From positions 1 to 64,000 of IMG/VR virus record IMGVR_UViG_3300031949_000022: a stretch of 64,000 nucleotides of DNA; one strand, written 5' to 3'. Of the stretch, positions 1 through 8,137 are shown piece after piece. Below the pieces are notes generated by a model that saw only the letters and a list, made by a program, of their open reading frames with translations, searched no databases and was not told the DNA's origin. Every line of letters begins with the position of its first letter. The first letter of the stretch is position 1. Source of the stretch: a virus. The position numbers were made by a program, and so were the translations under genes.

Positions 1-183
1 CCACACACGCTGGCGCGTCGTCGGCATGCGAGCGATTTCACCGTCATCTCCCACGACGTAGTCCCCGGTCAGATAGTCGAGAAACCTGGCGTCCTCCGGG
101 GCGTCCGGGGCGTCATTGACGTCGACCGGCGAGCTGTATCCGCTCGGGTAGAAGCCGGCTGGCTGTAGAGAAACGATGGTCAT
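1..183 (-). CDS. baseplate-module protein, 5' part only (runs off left edge); occupies the position of Mu gp46 / gp25-like wedge protein
   Basis: ATG at 183; too short inside window for the ORF track; own translation MTIVSLQPAGFYPSGYSSPVDVNDAPDAPEDARFLDYLTGDYVVGDDGEIARMPTTRQRVW..; directly downstream of spike gene in tail operon. Confidence 0.4.
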   Translation of the reverse strand, partial: MTIVSLQPAGFYPSGYSSPVDVNDAPDAPEDARFLDYLTGDYVVGDDGEIARMPTTRQRVW

Positions 184-244
184 AGTAATAGATCGAGACC
201 CCGGGAGTAGGAGGGGAGGCGCTGCTCCCGGGGCTCGAAGTGTT

Positions 245-562
245 TCAGCGTCGGTCGAGAGGGCAGGGGAGAATCAAACTGAGAAGCTTCAGCACCGGCA
301 GCGCGAGCGTGGGAATCGGGATCGTCAATGTCGGAAGCTTGAGCTTCAGCGGGAAACCGGGAATGCTCACTGAAAACGACGGGAGCGAAGGAAGCGAAGG
401 AAGCGCCAGCGACAGGAGGAACGAGAGAAGCGGAAGCCGCAGCTTGATCGGGAACCCTGGGATCTTAATTTCGAAGATCGGTATGGATGGGATCTCGGGC
501 AGCGACAGCCCGAGAATAGCCAGGATCAGCAGCGGGATCCGGAATGCGCAGTTGCTCATCAC
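245..562 (-). CDS. small Pro/Leu/Ile-rich repeat protein with hydrophobic N-terminus, function unknown
   Basis: 105-aa ORF; GTG 562 / ATG 559 overlaps stop of upstream gene; third codon positions mostly G/C in this frame; two copies of IPGFP(I/L)KL(R/K)LP. Confidence 0.5.
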   Translation of the reverse strand: MMSNCAFRIPLLILAILGLSLPEIPSIPIFEIKIPGFPIKLRLPLLSFLLSLALPSLPSLPSFSVSIPGFPLKLKLPTLTIPIPTLALPVLKLLSLILPCPLDRR

Positions 563-1170
563 TTGCCATAGAAGACACCGAGCGCCGGAGCTGCGGGCAT
601 CCCAGCTAGCCCCATTGGCGCCGATGGCGTTCGCCCGCCGAGCACGATGGTCCCGGTAATAGCGACGATCCCGTTCTTCAGCTGAATCGAGGCCTTGCCG
701 GTTTCGTCTGTCATCACCCGGCCGTTGGCCTCCGACATCTCGTCGACATGGCCGAATGCTGCCGTGGTGATTTTCTTGTTCTTGCGATCGATGATGATAG
801 CGACGTCGTCTTCGACGACGAGCGCGATCAGCTGATCCTTGAACAGGATGCGCGCGTTGTACCCTTCTCCGGTCGAGAACACCGCGGTCTCCCCAGGTCC
901 GAGCTCGTAGTACGTCTGAGTTGTCCGCGCGTCGACTGCGCCCACCACAACACCGTCCTGCCCCGGGGCATCATCGAGCAGCACCCCTTGGGCGGACCCG
1001 TTGCCGTTCGCCGGGGCAGGGACTGCTGCGAAGCCAAGCGCAAAGAGCATGTTGACGGATCCGTAGTCCGGAGGCTCTCCACCCTCGGGTTCGGAGCCCT
1101 TGCAGACGGCCGTCACCATGCCGGTCTTGGGGTCCAGCTTCGCGGATGAGATTTCGACGATGTCCGTCAC
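559..1170 (-). CDS. baseplate spike / assembly protein, Mu gp45 - P2 gpV-like
   Basis: Start moved to GTG 1170 (GTGA overlap with stop of gpD-like gene at 1167); YELGPGETAVFSTGEG and C-terminal G-rich segment resemble gp45/V family; position after hub protein. Confidence 0.65.
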   Translation of the reverse strand: MTDIVEISSAKLDPKTGMVTAVCKGSEPEGGEPPDYGSVNMLFALGFAAVPAPANGNGSAQGVLLDDAPGQDGVVVGAVDARTTQTYYELGPGETAVFSTGEGYNARILFKDQLIALVVEDDVAIIIDRKNKKITTAAFGHVDEMSEANGRVMTDETGKASIQLKNGIVAITGTIVLGGRTPSAPMGLAGMPAAPALGVFYGK

Positions 1171-2378
1171 AGGATGATGCTCCCTGGCCTGATGAGCTGG
1201 AGATTCGTCATCGGCGAGCTTCCCTTGCTGTGCTCGACCGTGCGCTCCAGCACCCATAGGTTTTCATCGACGTCCTCGATCTCGTCGTGAACCGTGGCCA
1301 TAACGTCGACGCCGTAGATCGCCCCGGAGTCCAGATTGACGACGCCCTGCAGTTTGCAGTCGTACATCATGGTTTTCCGGAGCCGCTCGCTCAGCATGCG
1401 GCGCAGTCCGCGCTCCAACTGCTCGACTGTCTTGCTTTCCTTGTCCGAGTAGTAGAGCGGGCGATAGCACGGCGCCGGGGAGTCGTAGATCGTCGTCGGG
1501 CCGCCCTTCTTTGGGTTGTACAGCTCCTCGACAACCGCTACCCCGCTGTTAGGCCCGGTGATGGTGAACTGGATCTCCGTGTTCTTGTAGAGCTCACTCG
1601 GGCTGCCAGCGCTGAACGTGGGGAGGGTTTTCGACAGCCCGCCAGCGGCGCTACCGGTTGCGATACCTCGGCCCTTGGCGGCCGTCACCGTGGGCACGTC
1701 TGACCAGTCCAGTTTCGCTACCCCGCTCAGGATGTTGCCCGGTCGGCTCAGGCGGAACAGCGGGGACTGCTGGTACTCGGGTTCGCAGAGGCAGATTTCG
1801 TTTCGTCGCGTGCTCGGCTGAATCGTTGCCCCATGGCGCGCCGCCAGATTGTTGGCCCACTCGAACGCACCGTCGCTGTCCTGCGGCTTCCAGTCCTCGA
1901 TCTTGATGGCAAGGAAGTCCCTCGCCGGCTTGCCCGTGTAGGGATTCTTGCCGGTCACCGCATTGCGGAGCGCATCGAAGTTACCTACTGAGACGTCCAC
2001 GCCCCATGGCTTGAACGCCACCAGCAGCGCCTGCACGAGGCTCTCGCCTTTCTTTACCCGCACCGCGGGGTCGATCCCGGAGTCAACGAGGTCCGCCAGG
2101 TAGTCGCGACCGTACACGCGAAGCGACTTGTCCCCTTCTCCGGTACCCTCTCTTCCGAAGATGCGGCCCAGTAGCTGCAGGTGCCCATCAATGTAGAGCT
2201 TGACCGGGCGCCACGGGCGAAACGTGCGACGCAACTGACGCGGGTCCTTGTGGTCGTATACCACCACTTCCCAGGCGTCAGTCGGGGTGAGGAAGTTCGA
2301 ATTGATGCGGTAGGACTCGATGTTGTCGAACGTCCCGACACCCTCGACCTCGATCGTCGGCTTGCTGTCGAGGCTCAT
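1167..2378 (-). CDS. tail/baseplate hub protein, P2 gpD (late control D) / Mu gp44-like
   Basis: 403 aa; N-terminal region (VEGVGTFDNIESYRINSNFLTPTDAWEVVVYD.., KLYIDGHLQLLGRI) typical of gpD family; 4-nt overlaps with both neighbours. Confidence 0.7.
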   Translation of the reverse strand: MSLDSKPTIEVEGVGTFDNIESYRINSNFLTPTDAWEVVVYDHKDPRQLRRTFRPWRPVKLYIDGHLQLLGRIFGREGTGEGDKSLRVYGRDYLADLVDSGIDPAVRVKKGESLVQALLVAFKPWGVDVSVGNFDALRNAVTGKNPYTGKPARDFLAIKIEDWKPQDSDGAFEWANNLAARHGATIQPSTRRNEICLCEPEYQQSPLFRLSRPGNILSGVAKLDWSDVPTVTAAKGRGIATGSAAGGLSKTLPTFSAGSPSELYKNTEIQFTITGPNSGVAVVEELYNPKKGGPTTIYDSPAPCYRPLYYSDKESKTVEQLERGLRRMLSERLRKTMMYDCKLQGVVNLDSGAIYGVDVMATVHDEIEDVDENLWVLERTVEHSKGSSPMTNLQLIRPGSIIL

Positions 2379-3262
2379 CGATTGACCCGCACGTATTCGC
2401 CGCGCTTGACCGTGCTCTTGCGCTTCAACGCCGGGTTCAGGTTGATGAGAGCTCCGACGCTCATCTTGTGGAAAGCCGCGAGCGCAATGATGCCGATCTC
2501 CATTTGGTTGATGACGATCTTCGTCGGGTTCGGCGGAGTCGTGGCCGTCTCGTTGAGACGGTACGCGGCCACGGCTAGGCGGCGCGCGTTGCGCCGTAGC
2601 GGTTGGTTGTCAGGGTTCTTGAGCGAGTCGACTCGCTTGTCGAGCTGCTCCATCTGCGAGGACAGGCGCGCCATGTTGGCGATGACCCTCGACTTCGCTA
2701 CCTCGAGCTGGTCACCGATCCCGCGGATGGCGTCGAAAAGCGGAAGCGTTGGCTCGGGAGGCTCCTCCTGCTTGTAGTCCACCTTCGTGGACTCGCGGTC
2801 GAAGAATCCGGCCATTCCCTGGGCGCCCTCAAGCGACTCGATCGCCAGGACCGCGGGAGCCTCCGCCGCTTCCTCCGGCGCGTAGACGAACTCGACCTGG
2901 ACGTCGACACCGTCCCTCCGGTTGACATCCAGCGTCTCGGACAGGCTCGCGCACTTGGCCTGCAACTCCCCGTGCACCGGGTCCACCAGCGTCCCCACGG
3001 AGCGGTCCAGGCACGCTCGCAGGAAGTCGGGATAGGCGGTCGTGAACCAGTTGGTCCATGGGCCCTTCGCCAGGTCCTCACGGGCAGGAATCGTGAACGA
3101 GTACGTCGGGTTCTCGCGCCCCAGGCTGTCGATCAGCTCATCATCCCGGAAGACGTACCGGTGGCGCGCAAACTCCTGCCGGAAGCCGTACTGCCGTCCA
3201 GCGCACGGGAAGCCGAGTCCCCGCCATGAGGCGATGGTCAGTCTGGCGAGAATGTCGGTCAT
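2375..3262 (-). CDS. Mu-like DNA circulation protein (gpN-like tail protein)
   Basis: N-terminus ASWRGLGFPCAGRQYGFRQEFARHRYVFRDDELIDSLGRENPTYSF matches the DNA_circ_N pattern (aSfRGvpF..GRR..He.P.rD....DLGr); follows tape measure as in Mu. Confidence 0.7.
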   Translation of the reverse strand: MTDILARLTIASWRGLGFPCAGRQYGFRQEFARHRYVFRDDELIDSLGRENPTYSFTIPAREDLAKGPWTNWFTTAYPDFLRACLDRSVGTLVDPVHGELQAKCASLSETLDVNRRDGVDVQVEFVYAPEEAAEAPAVLAIESLEGAQGMAGFFDRESTKVDYKQEEPPEPTLPLFDAIRGIGDQLEVAKSRVIANMARLSSQMEQLDKRVDSLKNPDNQPLRRNARRLAVAAYRLNETATTPPNPTKIVINQMEIGIIALAAFHKMSVGALINLNPALKRKSTVKRGEYVRVNR

Positions 3263-3292
3263 GGGCTAGGATGATCGGCTGGAGGCAAAAGA

Positions 3293-3460
3293 ATGACGGA
3301 AGACGAGCAGAGGGAGATCTTGGCGAGACACATGCAAGCGTTGCAGTCCACTGTCGATCGTAAGATGAAGACTGAACTTTGTGCCGAGTTCGCCAAGTAC
3401 CTCATCCAGTCCGATCCAGGGTTTCGTGGTGACGATACGGAGACAGACCAGGATGACTGA
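3293..3460 (+). CDS. hypothetical 55-aa protein, first gene of a reverse-oriented insert in the tail operon
   Basis: Not in ORF track (<60 aa); GGAGG at 3281-3285, ATG 3293; MTEDEQREILARHMQALQSTVDRK.. shares its N-terminus with the next ORF. Confidence 0.45.
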   Translation: MTEDEQREILARHMQALQSTVDRKMKTELCAEFAKYLIQSDPGFRGDDTETDQDD

Positions 3461-3995
3461 AGACGAGCAGAGGAGGATTCTGGAGCTGTACCGGAAGGCG
3501 TTGCAGTCCACTGTCCACCGAGAGAAAGAGCTGCCTGGACTCGACGCCTTTCGTGGCACGATGCTCGTGCGGGCCGACGGAACCGAGTATCACTACGACG
3601 ACGAGTGGTGCAGGGCAGAAGATGCTCGAGGTATGGGAGAAAGGCTCCGCCAGTTTCTCGACGCACTGGACAGGCTGGACGTGGTCAGCGGTGACGAGAC
3701 GGAGCCCGATCGGATGTACGTTGACGCCCACGCTGCGGCCATGGCTCTGGCCATGCCCAACGCGATCACGGAATTGGCGCGGCTCGAACTTCAACTCTCC
3801 GAAGCGGAGGCACTGGCGACAGGATGTAATATGCCGGACAGCAACACTACCGCTGAATCGCTTGAGCACGACCTGGAGTACATCATGGACGGGGACGGGG
3901 AAGAGTCGTACATCTGTATTGTGTGCGGCGGAGATCCGTTCAAAGGGTCCTGTTCTGGTCGTGGCGGGCGCATTGAAGAGGATGACGACGAATGA
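3453..3995 (+). CDS. hypothetical 180-aa acidic protein (moron), C-terminal Cys/Gly patch
   Basis: Internal ATG 3453 of the 3381..3995 ORF chosen because MTEDEQRRILELYRKALQSTVHRE.. duplicates the start of ORF 3293; opposite strand to all flanking tail genes. Confidence 0.55.
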   Translation: MTEDEQRRILELYRKALQSTVHREKELPGLDAFRGTMLVRADGTEYHYDDEWCRAEDARGMGERLRQFLDALDRLDVVSGDETEPDRMYVDAHAAAMALAMPNAITELARLELQLSEAEALATGCNMPDSNTTAESLEHDLEYIMDGDGEESYICIVCGGDPFKGSCSGRGGRIEEDDDE

Positions 3996-4045
3996 TCCGC
4001 CTCCTTTGCCTCGCTCGCCTGCGGGCAGCTTCGGTCATCTTCGGC

Positions 4046-6364
4046 TCACCCGCCCCGATTGACGATCGGTGAGTTCCGCTTCGGTGAGTCAGCGCCGGGA
4101 GTTCCGCCGCCGCCGGCAACTGCCGCACGCTGAGCCTGGGCCGCCGCTTGTGCTTCCTGTGCTGCCCTCAGTTGGGCCTCGATGACAGGGCGTAGCAACT
4201 CCTGCATCTTCGCCAGGTCTGCCAGCGCCTGCTGGTTTCCTCCCTGCTTGGCCTGGGCCTCCCGGACATCGAGGAACCCAGGGCCGGTTCCGAGAATCGA
4301 GTTCTTGAGCGTCTCCCAGAGGCCCTGTGTGGCGGCCGCGTTGGTGCTCTTGAGACCCTCAACGGTTCCGGTAGCACCTTCGAGCAGGCTCTTCGCGGCA
4401 ACCGGCGACACCGCTGTTGGCTCTGGAGTACCCGCTGAGATCGCTCCGGACTCGATACCTGATCGCCATTCGCGCCGGCGGCGTTGGATGTCGACCTGCG
4501 CGTTGGCGATGTCAGCGCCTCGTTGCGCCCCTTCGACAGCAGCACCACTCGTGCCCCTGTCTTTCGCGTCGAAGATGAAATCGATCAGGCTGCGTCCGGC
4601 GAAGTAGAACGTCGCGCCTGCAACCGTGATGGCACCGAGCTTTCCCATCATGGACATCTGACCGGTGATGAGCCCCTCGATGGATTTCTTGACCGCAGCA
4701 CCGATGCCAGCGGTCGCCAGGTCAGCGCCGACCTTCGTCGCAATGATAGCGGCAACGCCATGAAATGGGTTCTCAACGGCCCAGCTGCCGATCTCCGCGA
4801 TCTTCTGAGTCGCATCGGCAGCCGCCGGAATCAGGTCCTTGAGCTTTGGCGTGATCTCTTCCAGTACCGGGATGAGCCTCGTGCCAACCTCTCGGTTGAA
4901 GGACTTCGTGACCTCCATCAGCTTGATGTCTGGGTCCTCAAGCCTGCTCTGGTAGCGCTCCTGGATGACCTGTGTCCCGGTCTGGACGTTCAGGTACTTT
5001 GAGAACTCGGCGCGCACCGCCGCCTCTCCACCACCCTTCTTCTTGGTCTCAGCATCCGCGTAGATCTGCTGGTATCCACGAACCGCTCGGATGGACCGCT
5101 CATTGAACATCTTTCCGAGTTTCTCTGGATCACCTTTCGTCTTCTTCAGAAATTCGACAACGATCTCTTCCTGGGGACGAAGCTTCTTCGGACCCGGCCC
5201 CTTCGTCCAGACGTCCACGCCAAGCGCCTTGAACTGTACTGACTTCTCCGATAGCTCGGACGCGAATCGCTCCAGGCTCGTAATAGCCTCGGCAGCTGAA
5301 CTTGCTCCGCCAATTGCCCGAGTCGTCTGGGCCATGGCGCCCATGACTTTCAGTGATCGCTCTGCTCCACCCGAGAACTGCTGGCTCGACGCGGCTAGCC
5401 CAGCCATCTCGGTGGCCAGCATCTTGACCTCGACCGCTCCGACAGCCCCCTGGGCGGAAATGGTGCGCATGACGCTGTCAAGCGCCTTCATGCGAGCGGT
5501 CGGGTCCTTGATGTCGAGCGCCAGCGTGTTCAGCGCGTTGCCGGCGGCGGCGGTCATGTCGGCCAGGTCCGTCCCGGTTGCGATCGACACCTTGGCAAGC
5601 TGGGGCAGCATCTTCATCCCGCCGGCCAGGTCACCTGTGAGTCCTTGCCACTGCTCCAGGGCCGCCAACGCATCCGGAGCCGTCACTCCCTTGACGCCCT
5701 GGGCCGTCGCCAAGATCTCGCCCTTGCGCTTGGGCATCCCGGCCTGGTTGGCGAGCGACGACGCTTGGGCCCCGAGCTGGAGCTGCGACTGGACCGCGTT
5801 GACCCCGGCGAATCCGCCCCCGAGCGCCAGAATTCCTCCGCCGACTCGCGCGACGTCGCCGACGGCCCCTGAAACCGAGCGCCCCAGGAAGCCCGTCACG
5901 CGCCCAGCGGTCCGCTCGGCCCCAGGCTCCCGCCCAATGCGCCGCCGGGTGAGCACTGAGACCTCCCGATGCTTCTCCGCCTCGATGTTCCTGAGCTTCG
6001 CCCGGTGAGCGGTCGCGTCGTGAGCTCGCTGAACGCTGGCCGCGTCCTTGATGGTCTGGATCCGTCGCCGCCCCTCGGCATCGATGTCCCGGAGCCTCCG
6101 CTGGTGCCCCGCACGCTCCGCCGCTGAGCCCGCGACGCCCCTGGCCTGCCCAGGCAGTCTGCCCGCCATCGGCGCGCCTGGAGCCCGCCCAGAGCGCTCC
6201 GCTGCCATGGCCTCGCGCTTCACCTGCGCGAGCGTCCGCGCCCAGGTACGTGTGTAGCGGTTAGCCGACCGCGTGGCCGAGGCCTGCTGTTCCTGCTCCA
6301 CGGATCGGAAGACCCGCTTCAACTGGCCGATGCCGGTGGCTTCGATCTGGTACTGGAGTCGCAT
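4046..6364 (-). CDS. tail tape measure protein
   Basis: 772 aa, Ala/Gly-rich helical protein with hydrophobic C-terminal third, located between chaperone candidates and DNA-circulation gene. Confidence 0.85.
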   Translation of the reverse strand: MRLQYQIEATGIGQLKRVFRSVEQEQQASATRSANRYTRTWARTLAQVKREAMAAERSGRAPGAPMAGRLPGQARGVAGSAAERAGHQRRLRDIDAEGRRRIQTIKDAASVQRAHDATAHRAKLRNIEAEKHREVSVLTRRRIGREPGAERTAGRVTGFLGRSVSGAVGDVARVGGGILALGGGFAGVNAVQSQLQLGAQASSLANQAGMPKRKGEILATAQGVKGVTAPDALAALEQWQGLTGDLAGGMKMLPQLAKVSIATGTDLADMTAAAGNALNTLALDIKDPTARMKALDSVMRTISAQGAVGAVEVKMLATEMAGLAASSQQFSGGAERSLKVMGAMAQTTRAIGGASSAAEAITSLERFASELSEKSVQFKALGVDVWTKGPGPKKLRPQEEIVVEFLKKTKGDPEKLGKMFNERSIRAVRGYQQIYADAETKKKGGGEAAVRAEFSKYLNVQTGTQVIQERYQSRLEDPDIKLMEVTKSFNREVGTRLIPVLEEITPKLKDLIPAAADATQKIAEIGSWAVENPFHGVAAIIATKVGADLATAGIGAAVKKSIEGLITGQMSMMGKLGAITVAGATFYFAGRSLIDFIFDAKDRGTSGAAVEGAQRGADIANAQVDIQRRRREWRSGIESGAISAGTPEPTAVSPVAAKSLLEGATGTVEGLKSTNAAATQGLWETLKNSILGTGPGFLDVREAQAKQGGNQQALADLAKMQELLRPVIEAQLRAAQEAQAAAQAQRAAVAGGGGTPGADSPKRNSPIVNRGG

Positions 6365-6664
6365 CTAGGCCGGTGTGTCCCAGTTCAAAATCGGCCCCAT
6401 TCGAGCCTCGCTCCCAAGCACATCGACTGTCGCATAACTCCGAACGAGTCCCTGAACCCAACTGAACATGAACTGGTGCCGACCGTCGTCGAGGCAACGA
6501 ACCTCTTCGAGCCGAGTATCCGATCTCTCACCAAGTTCACGTCTCGCGTGCGCAAGAGCCGGCCCGAGTCCCTGAACTCTAGCGAGGGGTGTGCTCATTG
6601 CCTGTCGGCCTTCGGCTGGGGATCCGAAACCTCGCATGCCAGAACGCGTACTGGCCCTGGACAT
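6365..6664 (-). CDS. hypothetical protein; possibly the frameshift extension or second tail assembly chaperone
   Basis: 99-aa ORF overlapping the upstream ORF by 86 nt in the +1 frame; stop abuts the tape measure ATG (TAGATG); alternative internal ATG at 6598. Confidence 0.4.
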   Translation of the reverse strand: MSRASTRSGMRGFGSPAEGRQAMSTPLARVQGLGPALAHARRELGERSDTRLEEVRCLDDGRHQFMFSWVQGLVRSYATVDVLGSEARMGPILNWDTPA

Positions 6665-6920
6665 TTTGGCCGATGGTCGCCGTCAGGAGCTCGATGTTGC
6701 CCACGCACAGTTCATCGCCGGCCTCGTCCACTACCATCAGGCCGATCCGGCTCCCCGCCTCTCTCGTCAGCCACGACAGTTCCGATTCCCTGCCCTGCAC
6801 GAACACCCCGCGCACCACCAAGACGTCGTGCGGCTGACGCTTCACGATTGCGATGTTCGTCAAGAGCCGCTGTTTCCTTCCCTCGATGAACAGGCTCAAT
6901 TGCTTCCCTTCGCTGATCAT
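6579..6920 (-). CDS. tail assembly chaperone candidate
   Basis: 113 aa, ATGA overlap with upstream gene; position between tube and tape measure. Confidence 0.45.
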   Translation of the reverse strand: MISEGKQLSLFIEGRKQRLLTNIAIVKRQPHDVLVVRGVFVQGRESELSWLTREAGSRIGLMVVDEAGDELCVGNIELLTATIGQNVQGQYAFWHARFRIPSRRPTGNEHTPR

Positions 6921-7717
6921 TTCCTTCCTCCCTTGCTCCTCTGCTTCATCCGCTTACCGCGCTGCAGCGCCTCTGATTGCGTCAACAGCTTGTCGGTTGG
7001 AAGCGGCTCCTCGTCGGATGTCGAGAACGCGGCAGGCAGCTCGGTAAAGGAGCCAGTGCCAGTCGGTGAGCTCTGCGGCGCGGACTCGGAAGAATCTGGC
7101 AACATCGAGACAGGACGCCCCACTTCGTCCCGTAGCGACTTGACCTCCCGGGCCAACACCAAAATAAGGGTGGCCCAAAGACTCGAGTCCAGCACAGATA
7201 AAAAATACTCACCGAGCAGCGCATCGGAAAGGCGCGCTGTCCAGGTGTCGATCTCGTCCTCGGTGAATCCCTCGATCTGCCCGTACTTCGCCCGCACGAT
7301 GGCGATCATGTTGAGCACCTGGGCGATCTCCGGCTCGGTGAAGCTCGAACGCAGGTGCTCCGGACTCGTGAACATCCGCAGGTAGCAGCGGGTCCCGTCG
7401 CGCCGTTCGTGCTCGTCCACCTGGACCATCGAACGCCATACGACTTCGACGGCCTTGGCCTCCTCATAGATGTCGCGGTGCTCGCCCGGGACCTCCCCGA
7501 GCTGCTTCGCATACCGCTGGGCAGCCGCAAGCGCCTCGTGAGTCTCGGTGAGCGGGAGGAGCTTGACCCGGACATTCTTCTCCACGAGCTCGGGTTTCTG
7601 CCCGAGCTTCGGGGACTCCCATCGCTTGAACGCAAAAACCTCGGAGGGGCCGGGCGTCATGAACGCGCGGACCGCCTCCGAGGGCTCGACTGTGGGTGCT
7701 GACTTCTTGTCCGACAT
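6917..7717 (-). CDS. hypothetical tail-module protein (266 aa)
   Basis: Long ORF between tube and chaperone candidates; no motif recognised. Confidence 0.55.
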   Translation of the reverse strand: MSDKKSAPTVEPSEAVRAFMTPGPSEVFAFKRWESPKLGQKPELVEKNVRVKLLPLTETHEALAAAQRYAKQLGEVPGEHRDIYEEAKAVEVVWRSMVQVDEHERRDGTRCYLRMFTSPEHLRSSFTEPEIAQVLNMIAIVRAKYGQIEGFTEDEIDTWTARLSDALLGEYFLSVLDSSLWATLILVLAREVKSLRDEVGRPVSMLPDSSESAPQSSPTGTGSFTELPAAFSTSDEEPLPTDKLLTQSEALQRGKRMKQRSKGGRK

Positions 7718-7751
7718 GGCGCCTCCGACCAGTCAGTTCGTGCTGTAGCGT

Positions 7752-8120
7752 CTACTGAAGCTTCTGGATCTCTCCGATGAACGTCGCTGTCGCTTCGGTG
7801 CTGGCGTTCGTCGACTGACTGATCCCAACCGTGTCGAAGTATCCCTGCGTGATGAGGGACTTGGTACCGAGCGGGATCTGGATCTCGTGGTAGCTACCCT
7901 CTGCGCAGTAGTCGAAGAGCGGAGTTTCCAGACCGCCGATCTCCACCGCCCAGTTGCCGGTGATTTGAATGTCGCCAGAGCCAGGCGTCTTTCCGGCGAA
8001 GCCCTCGAGCGTGTCGACACGCTGCGCCCCGCCGTTCATGTTCGCCTGCCACTGCGTGGCCTTGAGCTGGAAGACGCCGTCGATCAGGCCCTTGAGAGCC
8101 AGGTGGTCATTCAGTGCCAT
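7752..8120 (-). CDS. tail tube protein
   Basis: 122 aa immediately downstream of sheath gene, size and position typical of contractile-tail tube. Confidence 0.7.
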   Translation of the reverse strand: MALNDHLALKGLIDGVFQLKATQWQANMNGGAQRVDTLEGFAGKTPGSGDIQITGNWAVEIGGLETPLFDYCAEGSYHEIQIPLGTKSLITQGYFDTVGISQSTNASTEATATFIGEIQKLQ

Positions 8121-8137
8121 GTGTCAGTGTCCTCCGG

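Noticed and set aside
5091-6008. Long antisense ORFs opposite real genes, e.g. 5091..6008 +, 8114..8929 +, 10484..11398 +, 14401..15249 +, 31118..32113 +, 37110..38351 +, 50023..50736 -, 51706..52647 -
   Set aside because: These are typical shadow ORFs of G+C-rich DNA, with Arg/Pro/Ser/Ala-rich low-complexity translations. They lie opposite genes with clear motifs and show no coupling to neighbours.
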